A stretch of 25,814 bases of DNA from a candidate division WOR-3 bacterium (GTDB lineage Bacteria > Hydrothermota > Tepidihabitantia > Tepidihabitantales > JAOUPE01): the NCBI GenBank assembly GCA_039801565.1, contig JBDRUX010000027.1:1-25814 (forward strand). The letters are read 5' to 3'. Below, piece by piece: positions 9,453 to 17,125 of this stretch (position 1 is the first letter of the stretch; every line of letters starts with the position of its first letter). A program made the position numbers and the translations under genes. The notes below the pieces were generated by a model. That model did not search any database, had not been told where the DNA came from, and saw only the letters and a list, made by a program, of their open reading frames with translations.

Positions 9453-9480
9453 ATTATCTTGAAATTTAATTAAAAGTCAA
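9453..9480 (-). promoter_or_regulatory. Promoter for the ZIP gene
   Basis: TTGACT-16-GATAAT, 10 nt before ATG. Confidence 0.5.
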
Positions 9481-9518
9481 TCAAATAGCGAACGCTAATT
9501 ATTACCTAAAATTACGTA

Positions 9519-9546
9519 TTGACAATTATGAGCATATGCTTATAAT
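9519..9546 (+). promoter_or_regulatory. Consensus promoter overlapped by 22-bp palindrome ATTATGAGCATATGCTTATAAT (putative DUF134 operator)
   Basis: TTGACA-16-TATAAT; palindrome 9525-9546 with one mismatched pair; ATG 7 nt after the -10. Confidence 0.75.
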
Positions 9547-9553
9547 AATAAAT

Positions 9554-9904
9554 ATGGCGCGACCACCATTTTGTCGAAGGATTGGTTTTTTACCCAATGT
9601 CTCGTATTTTAAACCAAGAGGCATTCCTTGCTCATTGTTAGAAGAGGTGATTTTGACCAAGGACGAATTAGAAGCAGTAAGGCTGGCTGACCTTGAAGGT
9701 TTATACCAAGAAGTAGCAGCCGAAAGGATGGGTATTTCCCGACCGACTTTTGGTCGAATCATCGAATCCGCCCATCGAAAAATTGCTGAGGCATTAGTAA
9801 AGGGCAAGGCATTAAGAATCGAAGGTGGTAATGTTGTGGTTGACCAGTCTTATTGCCCTACGCCAATGCAACACCGCCGTTGTCATCGGCATGGTAAACC
9901 ATAA
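9554..9904 (+). CDS. DUF134 (UPF0251) HTH DNA-binding protein
   Basis: MARP..CRRI, FKPRG, ELEAVRLADLEGLYQE, MGISRPTFGRIIESAHRKIAEALVKGKALRIEGG. Confidence 0.92.
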   Translation: MARPPFCRRIGFLPNVSYFKPRGIPCSLLEEVILTKDELEAVRLADLEGLYQEVAAERMGISRPTFGRIIESAHRKIAEALVKGKALRIEGGNVVVDQSYCPTPMQHRRCHRHGKP

Positions 9905-9948
9905 TTATGGGTAATCAAATAATCTTAAAAAGAAAGGAGGTGATTAGA

Positions 9949-10212
9949 ATGTGGGGTTGCGGTAGAGGTTGGTTTTGGCAAAGAGTGCCAGCTGGCTATA
10001 CCTATGTTGGACCTTGTCGGTGCGGAACTGGCCCACATGCCTTCTATCAAGACCCGAGTGGCAGAATTGTTCCAGCTTGGCATTTTTGGCGTTTTGGATT
10101 TTCACCAACCAAAGAAGACCTGAAGACAGAACTTGAAACATTAAAAGCCGAGAAGGCAGAATTAGAAAAGCATATTAAAGAAATTGAAGAGCAGATAAAA
10201 GAAAAGGAGTAA
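9949..10212 (+). CDS. DUF5320-like small protein with CRC motif and C-terminal coiled coil
   Basis: AGGAGGTGAT SD; YVGPCRCGTGPHAFY; ELETLKAEKAELEKHIKEIE. Confidence 0.75.
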   Translation: MWGCGRGWFWQRVPAGYTYVGPCRCGTGPHAFYQDPSGRIVPAWHFWRFGFSPTKEDLKTELETLKAEKAELEKHIKEIEEQIKEKE

Positions 10213-10214
10213 AA

Positions 10215-10592
10215 ATGAAAATTGCTATTGCCTCCGATGATGAGAAAGTTATCGCTCCTCACTTCGGCAAGACAAAGGGGTTTGTGATTTTTGAAGTCGA
10301 AGATAATGCTATCAAAAACCGCGAATACCGTCTTAATACCTTTACTGGTCATGCCCGAGGTTTAGAAGGGGCTGGACATAGTTTTGACCGGCACACGCCA
10401 ATTCTAAATGCCCTTAAAGACTGCAAAGTGGTCATCGCCCATGGTATGGGAAGAAGAATTTATGACGATTTGAAGACAATCGGAATTGAAGTCTTTGTTA
10501 CCGACAAGACCGATGTCCAAAAGGCGCTCGATGCCTATCTCTGTGGTGAACTTAGGGATAAGCCGGAGATAATCTGCCCACCCAAACACTGA
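10215..10592 (+). CDS. NifB/NifX family Fe-Mo cluster-binding protein
   Basis: MKIAIAS, HFGK..F.IFEV, DCKVVIAHGMG. Confidence 0.9.
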   Translation: MKIAIASDDEKVIAPHFGKTKGFVIFEVEDNAIKNREYRLNTFTGHARGLEGAGHSFDRHTPILNALKDCKVVIAHGMGRRIYDDLKTIGIEVFVTDKTDVQKALDAYLCGELRDKPEIICPPKH

Positions 10593-10615
10593 GTAAATGT
10601 AGCTTTTGTTAAAAG

Positions 10616-10849
10616 GTGGAGAGAGGCGAAGAATTTGATCCGTATCCGGGTGCCGTGGAATTACTCTATGCTCAAAGCTCTGTGCTAAAAATCTTCGATG
10701 TTTCAGGAAAATTGATAAAAGAGATTGCTTCTCCGCCTAAGGCGGATCGCAATGACGGTGAGGTGAAAATATCTCTAAAAGGAATCAATCCCGGAATCTA
10801 CTTCTTAAAACTCGGCAACCAGACCAAGAAGTTTTTGGTTGTGAAATAA
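10616..10849 (+). pseudogene. Orphan T9SS/FlgD-like C-terminal sorting domain fragment
   Basis: LKIFDVSGKLIKE...GIYFLKL...KKFLVVK with no signal peptide or passenger. Confidence 0.65.
10721..10756. repeat. Palindromic element GAGATTGCTTC...TCGCAATGAC in frame within the CTD fragment
   Basis: Inner stem TCCGCC/GGCGGA, outer ATTGC/GCAAT; ends resemble widespread GTCATTGCGA/GCAATCTC dispersed repeats. Confidence 0.65.
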
Positions 10850-10852
10850 ACT

Positions 10853-10908
10853 GCAGGACAAGGCTAAAGCCCTTGCAAAAATAATGCAAATTTAAAAGTC
10901 TGACCTAC
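10853..10908. repeat. Degenerate GTAG-type REP doublet
   Basis: GCAGGACAAGGCTAAAGCCCTTGC and GCAAATTTAAAAGTCTGACCTAC (ends in CTAC). Confidence 0.5.
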
Positions 10909-11051
10909 AATTTGACTGCCGATTCAATTGAATAATATTTTTTGACACCCTATTCTTATAATTCAACTCACTTTGTAACTATAACTGAATTTTTTAATTA
11001 TAAATAACTAAATTTACATCACTTATAAAAATTGGGGGGCAAAATTTGGGC

Positions 11052-11079
11052 TTGACAAAATTATAATTTTGATTATAAT
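11052..11079 (+). promoter_or_regulatory. Consensus promoter for the Kelch gene
   Basis: TTGACA-16-TATAAT, with palindrome AAAATTATAATTTT across the spacer. Confidence 0.7.
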
Positions 11080-11212
11080 TGGTTTAAAAGAAAAAACGCC
11101 AATGCTTATCAAAAAGGGTAAATTGAGTAACCATAGTGGTAATTTCTTATTGTTTTTTCTTGCAGCAATTCTTGCTTGTGCCAGTCTTTGCAAAAAACAG
11201 GGAAGGAGTTAA

Positions 11213-12508
11213 ATGAAGGGAGTTTTTAATTTTTTGAGAAATGTAGGTCGAAATCTCAGGGCTTGGGGCTTATTGATTCTCACTACCACCGGTTTTCTGT
11301 CTCCTACTTTCTTATTTGCTCAAATGAAATGGATTTGTGCCACCGATTCGGCCGGATGGTCAGAAAGATATGCTCACGCATCGGTCGTCTTTGATAATAA
11401 AATCTGGGTGCTCGGAGGAATTAGCAGCGATAACAGGAACAATGTCTGGTATTCGACGGATGGTGTAAATTGGGTACAGGCGACTGATTCGGCAGAATGG
11501 TCAGGGCGGTTCTGCCATACCGTTGTTGCTTATGATAATAAACTTTGGGTGCTCGGTGGGTGTGATGATTCAGGTAATTTTAAGAACGATGTCTGGTATT
11601 CCACTAATGGGGTGAACTGGACTTGTGCAACCGAAGCAGCCGGCTGGTCAGCGAGACTTCACCATACTTCGGTAGCCTTTAATAATAAGATATGGGTGCT
11701 GGGAGGAAATGATTCATTGTATGGCCCCAGAAACGATGTTTGGTATTCAACTGACGGTGTGAATTGGATACAAGCAACCGATTCGGCTGCATGGACAACG
11801 AGAGGTAGCCACACTTCGGTCGTCTTTGATGACAAGATATGGGTGATTGGAGGAAGCTATTTTATTGGTCCTTTAATTGAACCTAATAATGATGTCTGGT
11901 ATTCAACAGATGGAATTAACTGGATACAAGCAACCAATTCAGCCGGATGGACTCCAAGAGCTCTACACACCTCGGTAGTGTTCGACAATAAAATCTGGGT
12001 GCTGGGAGGCATTGATGTAGAAGGCAGGAGAAATGATGTCTGGTATTCTTCGGATGGCGTGAACTGGACACAAGCAACCGATTCAGCCGAATGGGTCAAT
12101 AGAGAGGGGCATGCTTCCGTAGTTTTTGATAATAGGATTTGGGTTCTTGGCGGCGAGTATTTGTACGGAGAACTAAATGACGTCTGGTATTCTTGGGGTC
12201 TTGGGATTGAGGAGGACAATACGCCTAATGCCCAAAGCTTAACGCTTAGAGTCTCTCCGGTTCTATTCATCACGAATGTTAAAATAACTTACAACCTTCC
12301 AAAATCTTTGATTGTGCGACTGAGTATTTATGATAGTTCAGGAAAGGAGGTTAAGGCATTATTTAATGGTAAGCAAGTTGCTGGTTTCCATAAGTTACAA
12401 TGGGATGGAAAAGACAACGCCGGCAAGGAACTTCCTACTGGTGCTTATTTTCTCAAGTTAAAAACAAATGGCTCAGCAACTGTAAAGAAATTAGTAAAAC
12501 TTGAATAA
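11213..12508 (+). CDS. Secreted Kelch-like six-bladed beta-propeller with FlgD-Ig/T9SS-like C-terminal domain
   Basis: Signal peptide; six ~48-aa repeats (H.SVVFDNKIWVLGG...NDVWYS.DG.NW); IYDSSGKEV, WDGKDNAG, GAYFLKL. Confidence 0.88.
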   Translation: MKGVFNFLRNVGRNLRAWGLLILTTTGFLSPTFLFAQMKWICATDSAGWSERYAHASVVFDNKIWVLGGISSDNRNNVWYSTDGVNWVQATDSAEWSGRFCHTVVAYDNKLWVLGGCDDSGNFKNDVWYSTNGVNWTCATEAAGWSARLHHTSVAFNNKIWVLGGNDSLYGPRNDVWYSTDGVNWIQATDSAAWTTRGSHTSVVFDDKIWVIGGSYFIGPLIEPNNDVWYSTDGINWIQATNSAGWTPRALHTSVVFDNKIWVLGGIDVEGRRNDVWYSSDGVNWTQATDSAEWVNREGHASVVFDNRIWVLGGEYLYGELNDVWYSWGLGIEEDNTPNAQSLTLRVSPVLFITNVKITYNLPKSLIVRLSIYDSSGKEVKALFNGKQVAGFHKLQWDGKDNAGKELPTGAYFLKLKTNGSATVKKLVKLE

Positions 12509-12562
12509 ACGGCAATGGTTAAACTGTAAAAATTTAAGCAATCTGAAATGGAGGAATAAATT

Positions 12563-12967
12563 ATGAGTAAAAAACAAATAATTATTCTTCTTGGCTTTAT
12601 AATCACTCCTTGTTTTTGCATTGGGAAAGAATCATTGTTTGGGCAGAGGGTTTCTTGTGATTACGAAAATAATCGAAAGACCCAAAAATTGATTTTACAT
12701 TCATTGCCTACATGGAGTTTGCAAAATCGTCTTAATACTGATAATTCATATATCCTTGTTAAAGAATCGAGAGATGGCAAGAATCCATTTTGGAAACAAG
12801 CAGGTATTTATGGTTTAGAATTTATTGGTGGGGAAATAGGAACTTGTCTTTCGGCTTATTTTGGTCTCGCTGTTTGGACAGAAATAGCTGGGCCCTTTTC
12901 TCTCGACCCTGCGGGTTTTAAAGGCTTCCTGATTGGAAGTATTGTTATTGAAACCTGGTATCCATAG
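12563..12967 (+). pseudogene. Probably truncated exported/membrane hypothetical protein
   Basis: GGAGGA SD and signal peptide; ends abruptly in a Gly-rich hydrophobic region just before repeat copy 2. Confidence 0.5.
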
Positions 12968-13122
12968 TTTAAATTACTATTAGCCAGAAACCATATACCA
13001 GTATTGACAAGTTAAAAAAGACTTGGTCCCAGTCTACCAATCAGTTCCCAAGTAGCCTGTGGGATAAATCGAAAAACAATGATTTAGTAGATAAGGGATT
13101 GTGAAGATAATCAAATTCGTTG

Positions 13123-13490
13123 TGGTGCGATTTATCGAACAACAATTTAAACTATTGAACCAGTTTGAACTATTCCTTAACGCAACCCAAAAATCAGTGA
13201 TTAGGTTATAGGTTTTAGGGATTAGCGAAACAATGGAGGCAGTATCGGAGGTTGCCTCCCAGGTGACCTACGGGGCTACCTACCGGGCTACTCCCCAGGC
13301 TGCTCCCCAAGTTGCCTACCGAGCCGCTCCCGAAGTCGCCTACGAAGTTGCTCTCTAACCTGCTTCCCAACCAGCTCCCGAACCCACTCCCGAGGCAACT
13401 CCCCAAGCAACCTACGGGGTAGCTTAGGGGGTAGCCTACGGGGTCACCCCCTATACGGTACCCCCTCCCTAAACGGAAATTAGCGTAACT
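13123..13490 (+). repeat. Copy 2 of the dispersed ~370-bp element
   Basis: Inverted homolog of 100-485. Confidence 0.93.
13236..13463 (+). repeat. Tandem array of 19 degenerate 12-bp units
   Basis: From GAGGCAGTATCG to TATACGGTACCC; 228 bp, same as copy 1. Confidence 0.92.
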
Positions 13491-13534
13491 GACGGACGAC
13501 CAACACGATAGACGAAAAAATCGGTCATTTTTAG

Positions 13535-13563
13535 GTTGAAATATATTTCAACTTTTTTATAAT
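13535..13563 (+). promoter_or_regulatory. Promoter of the HTH gene with perfect 18-bp palindrome GTTGAAATATATTTCAAC over the -35
   Basis: TTGAAA-16-TATAAT; ATG 6 nt after the -10 (leaderless). Confidence 0.72.
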
Positions 13564-13569
13564 AAATAT

Positions 13570-14519
13570 ATGCCTAAAGAGTTCTTTACTTTTACTAAAG
13601 AAATGGCAGAAATTTTAAGAAAAATCCGCGAAAATGCCGGATTATCCCAAACCCAAGTTGCTGAAAGAATTGGGCTATCATCTAAAACGAAGAATAGTTA
13701 CATCTCACATTTAGAGAAAGGCAGATTAAAGAATCCCGCCTTAGGGTTAATTCTTCTTTACCTACGTGCCTGTGGTGCGTCTTGGGTTGAATTTTTTAGA
13801 GAACTGGATAGAATTGATTTTAAACAAAGACACGAAAAGATGATGGCACAAGTTCAACCGACACCAACCAAAAGAAAAATTGAACAGGATGCAATGCGCT
13901 ATGAAATCGGTGTCGAGATGCCTTCGAAAGAGAAAGAAGAGATTGATTTTACCCGATTGAAAAATCAGATTAAAAAGAAAGTATTAGCTCTGCTGACTAA
14001 GAATCAAATAGGAGAGAAGGAAGTTAATTCCTACCAGAATTTCGCTTTCGAATATTTTGACTTCTTAGCCGAACTGAATAAACCCGGAATGAAGATGATA
14101 ACCGAAAAATATCAAAGAGCCGGATTACAGTTTCATTTGCTTTTTAAGATTAAAAAGGTTATCAATTCAGTGCTGAGGGGTGAGATTAAAAGAATAGAGT
14201 CAAAGAAGCCATTGCCGACCGAAAAGCAGGAATTACTAAGTATCGGATAAGGATTGAAAGGTTTGAAGCCGAAACCCATAAGTTACTTTGTGAGTTAGGT
14301 GTTCCGCCGCCTTGGTTTGCGTCCTACAAGGCTTTTGTTCGGCAATGTCTCAAGGTATTGAAGAAATCCTATGGTAGGAATCAAGAATTGCTTAATAAGA
14401 CGCTTGCCGAAATTATTGCCCGCTGGAAAAAGGAAGGGTTAGAAGAAGTAATCTTATTGAAATTGAAGGATAGAATCTTTTCGGTCTTGGCAACCCTGCG
14501 GTCAAGGGGCGAAATATAA
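13570..14519 (+). pseudogene. XRE-HTH protein with two C-terminal helical repeats (SIRV2-capsid-like motif spacing), split by a -1 frameshift near 14229
   Basis: HTH: LRKIRENAGLSQTQVAERIG...YISHLEKG. Frame 0 stops at 14250; the -1 frame continues GITKYRIRIERFEAETHKLLCELGV...RGEI* to 14519 and resembles aa 130-202. Confidence 0.8.
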
Positions 14520-14541
14520 ATTTTAAATGTGGCGATTCTTT

Positions 14542-15522
14542 TTAATCTTCTTTTCGTCTTTCTCTAATTAATTTTGCTCTTTCCTCCTTTATTCGATTAA
14601 TCGTTTCCTTACGGTCACGGTCATTGCCAATTCTAATGAAGTGATTAATTAAAGTTATCGTGGTGCCAATGCCAATTGTTACGGCAACTGCTGAAGGTAA
14701 TTCTTCGCCAATAACCCTATCAAAACCATCAACTCCTCGAATTGCCCGCCCGACTAAATAAGCGAACATCATCGCCCCAAAACCAGTCAAACAAGACAAC
14801 GGTATTCCGATTAAAAGACAAGAATTTTGCTTGTTTGGCTTTAATGACATTTTAACCGCTTGTTCAGAAATTATGGTATTACCATTAAAGTAGGCAAACC
14901 CACGCATCTTTACCAACTCTTTCGCTTTGGCATAATCACCGGTTGTTCCAGCAAAATAGCCGATGCCGCTTCCAACCCCACCGCCAGCTAACGAATAGGC
15001 TAAAAAGAGCGGTTTATTCACTTGATAAATATCGCCGCACTTACCATGCTCAACATACTCAACAGCATTCGTCCAGCCCAAAAGTGAACCGAAAAAGAGC
15101 CCGAGCGTGCTTCCGCCTAAGATACAACCAATCCGTTCCTTATTAACCATTGCTTCTTTTATTTCGGCGTCGGTGCAGGGAATTCCAAAAATGTCGTAGC
15201 CAACAATACTGTTTCGTTTTTCAAATACCTTGCGCTCAACCATTGAATTTTCAATCTCTTCAAAATTCGCCAGATAGTCTTTAAGCGCTAAGATTGGTTC
15301 GGCTTTAAAAGGAATCCTTAAACTGTCGTCTTCCAGTATGATTAACAATTCATATTTACCAATATCAATCCTTGCAAATTTTGCCTCCTTAAAGCCCTTA
15401 ACATTCTGAAATAATTTATAAGTCTTCGCTTCTTCCCAATCAATCGCTTCGCCAATGCTTTCCGATAAAATAAAAGCGAATACCGAGTTGCATAAAATCA
15501 ACAAGCTAAAGATTAGGGTCAA
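14542..15522 (-). CDS. Hypothetical membrane protein with two Gly-rich hydrophobic hairpins
   Basis: 326-aa ORF, signal-like N-terminus, two pairs of Gly-rich TM-like segments. Confidence 0.75.
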   Translation of the reverse strand: MTLIFSLLILCNSVFAFILSESIGEAIDWEEAKTYKLFQNVKGFKEAKFARIDIGKYELLIILEDDSLRIPFKAEPILALKDYLANFEEIENSMVERKVFEKRNSIVGYDIFGIPCTDAEIKEAMVNKERIGCILGGSTLGLFFGSLLGWTNAVEYVEHGKCGDIYQVNKPLFLAYSLAGGGVGSGIGYFAGTTGDYAKAKELVKMRGFAYFNGNTIISEQAVKMSLKPNKQNSCLLIGIPLSCLTGFGAMMFAYLVGRAIRGVDGFDRVIGEELPSAVAVTIGIGTTITLINHFIRIGNDRDRKETINRIKEERAKLIRERRKED

Positions 15523-15544
15523 GTTAAGTTATCGGTTAAAATCC

Positions 15545-16552
15545 TTATGATGACAAAGCAACTAACAGTCCTAATAAGAAAAAGCCACCGATGGTCAAGC
15601 CGATACAACTTGGGTCAGCCTCAATGTCGCCACCGGGTCCAATACTGGGTGAAGTGAAACCAAAGAGAATTCGTATGCCCGGCACGGTGCCCCAAGTTTT
15701 GGTAAAGGCGAGATTCCCTTGCAACATGCCATAGAGTTTTAAGTAGTAATTTCTTAAGCCAATGAAACCAATACCGGTATTTAAGTGAAGACCGTCATCG
15801 TATTCAGTAATGCCGTCTTTGCCTTTAAAACTATATCTTGTTATTCCGATGCCAGCCCCGATGATTGGCGCGAAGTTCTTTTCGCTTAAATAACGATAGC
15901 CATTGATGTCAAAATTCAAATCGGCTTCGGAATTTACACCCCGCATTAAACCCATCTGAGTCAGAATAAAATAATCGGGTAGGTCAAAGTATAGTCCAAG
16001 ATTTAAATTGAAAAGGTCTAAGGATTTATTTTCTCGATAGGCATAGAGATAGCCGGTGTTTAGTAGAAAAGTTGTTAGGGGTTTACGCAGCCGCAAGGGC
16101 GAAGGTTTTTCGGCTTCGGTAATCTTGGTCGGGGCTAAGGTTTGAGTAAATGGTACCCGTTTGGCAAGCGAATAGGCAATCCTTTCGGCAATGGTAGGTA
16201 TATCATCATAGGATAAAATCGTGGTTCGGTCAGCGAACACAACTTTTTGCGAATCGGCATCAATTAGTTGAAAGGAAATAATCCCTTTCGCTTTAATCTC
16301 GATAAAAGAACCGGTGATTGCAAATTGGGCGTTGTAGGATTTTGCTGAACAAGCAGCAGCAAAAGAAGATAAGGCAATCACGGTAGGTGCCATTCTTAAA
16401 ACATCGTAGTTGTAATTGGATATTAATGCCTCGGTTAATAGATAGTTTAAAATTTCCACCATTGTGGTGTCAACATTTTTTGCCTGGAAATTGAATAAAA
16501 CAACCCGAGGTACTGTCAACGCAGCGGCAGAATAAAATTCGCTTGAATTCAA
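15545..16552 (-). CDS. CsgG/TolB-N-like domain plus beta-barrel-like domain; 5' end probably deleted
   Basis: VVLFNF...AQFAITGSF...FQLIDADSQKVV; alternating beta-strands; hydrophobic C-terminal tail; no complete signal peptide or SD. Confidence 0.6.
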   Translation of the reverse strand: MNSSEFYSAAALTVPRVVLFNFQAKNVDTTMVEILNYLLTEALISNYNYDVLRMAPTVIALSSFAAACSAKSYNAQFAITGSFIEIKAKGIISFQLIDADSQKVVFADRTTILSYDDIPTIAERIAYSLAKRVPFTQTLAPTKITEAEKPSPLRLRKPLTTFLLNTGYLYAYRENKSLDLFNLNLGLYFDLPDYFILTQMGLMRGVNSEADLNFDINGYRYLSEKNFAPIIGAGIGITRYSFKGKDGITEYDDGLHLNTGIGFIGLRNYYLKLYGMLQGNLAFTKTWGTVPGIRILFGFTSPSIGPGGDIEADPSCIGLTIGGFFLLGLLVALSS

Positions 16553-16803
16553 TAATTTTATCTTTGGTTATTTTTTGCCTAATCTATTCCATCGCTTATA
16601 ATCAGGGCTGGCAACTACAAACCGCGCCGCGCACTGACCGTAATCTTTTTGATATCTGGTTTGTCAATGAAAGTATTGGTTGCGCTTGTGGTAATTTTGG
16701 TTTTCTAATACGAACGACTGCTGCTGGGATGAATTGGCAAGACCGCAGCGGCGTGACCAATGCTTGGCTGGATGATATGTGGTTTGTCCCCAATATCAAA
16801 TAG
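16534..16803 (+). pseudogene. Truncated paralog of the YCF48-like protein at 19370
   Basis: About 60 aa nearly identical (PRTDRNLFDIWFV...DDMWF), then a premature stop. Confidence 0.85.
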
Positions 16804-16928
16804 TTAAGAGAAAATTTGGCTCGATTTTGGTGTTAGTTTTACTAACCTTTTGTGAGGTTGGTTTTTCTCAGGAAATGACTAAAAAGCTTAAAGCATTTCG
16901 TCAGGACAAGTTTCCATATACCAATTGA
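16800..16928 (+). pseudogene. Signal-peptide-bearing gene fragment
   Basis: Reads IVKRKFGSILVLVLLTFCEVGFSQEMTKKLKAF...* with no upstream start codon. Confidence 0.35.
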
Positions 16929-17013
16929 TTTTGCAAAGGAATGCCAAATCTTCTCTATGAGGTTTATGGATTATTTCCGGTCAATTTTATTTAATCCGGC
17001 GAGCGGTCATAGT

Positions 17014-17125
17014 ATTAACCGCGGATACACGCAAATTAACGCCGATATTCTTTATTTGCCTCGTTAAGAAAGTCTTCTTTTCTTATGCTTCTATTCGGGT
17101 TTATCTGTGTTCATCCGTGGTTAAT
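17014..17125. repeat. MITE-like imperfect 33-bp inverted repeat
   Basis: ATTAACCGCGGATACACGCAAATTAACGCCGAT versus ATTCGGGTTTATCTGTGTTCATCCGTGGTTAAT. Confidence 0.65.

Noticed and set aside
10215..10592. Nitrogen fixation locus
   Set aside because: NifB/NifX domains and IscS/NifS are widespread; no nifHDK
11330..12195. DNA repeat array within the Kelch gene
   Set aside because: Fully explained by the six protein blades
13021..13065. Third 12-mer array
   Set aside because: Only about three weak units with a phase slip; insufficient support
100..13490. Composite transposon or classical prophage
   Set aside because: No transposase, integrase, terminase or target duplication seen; interior is housekeeping
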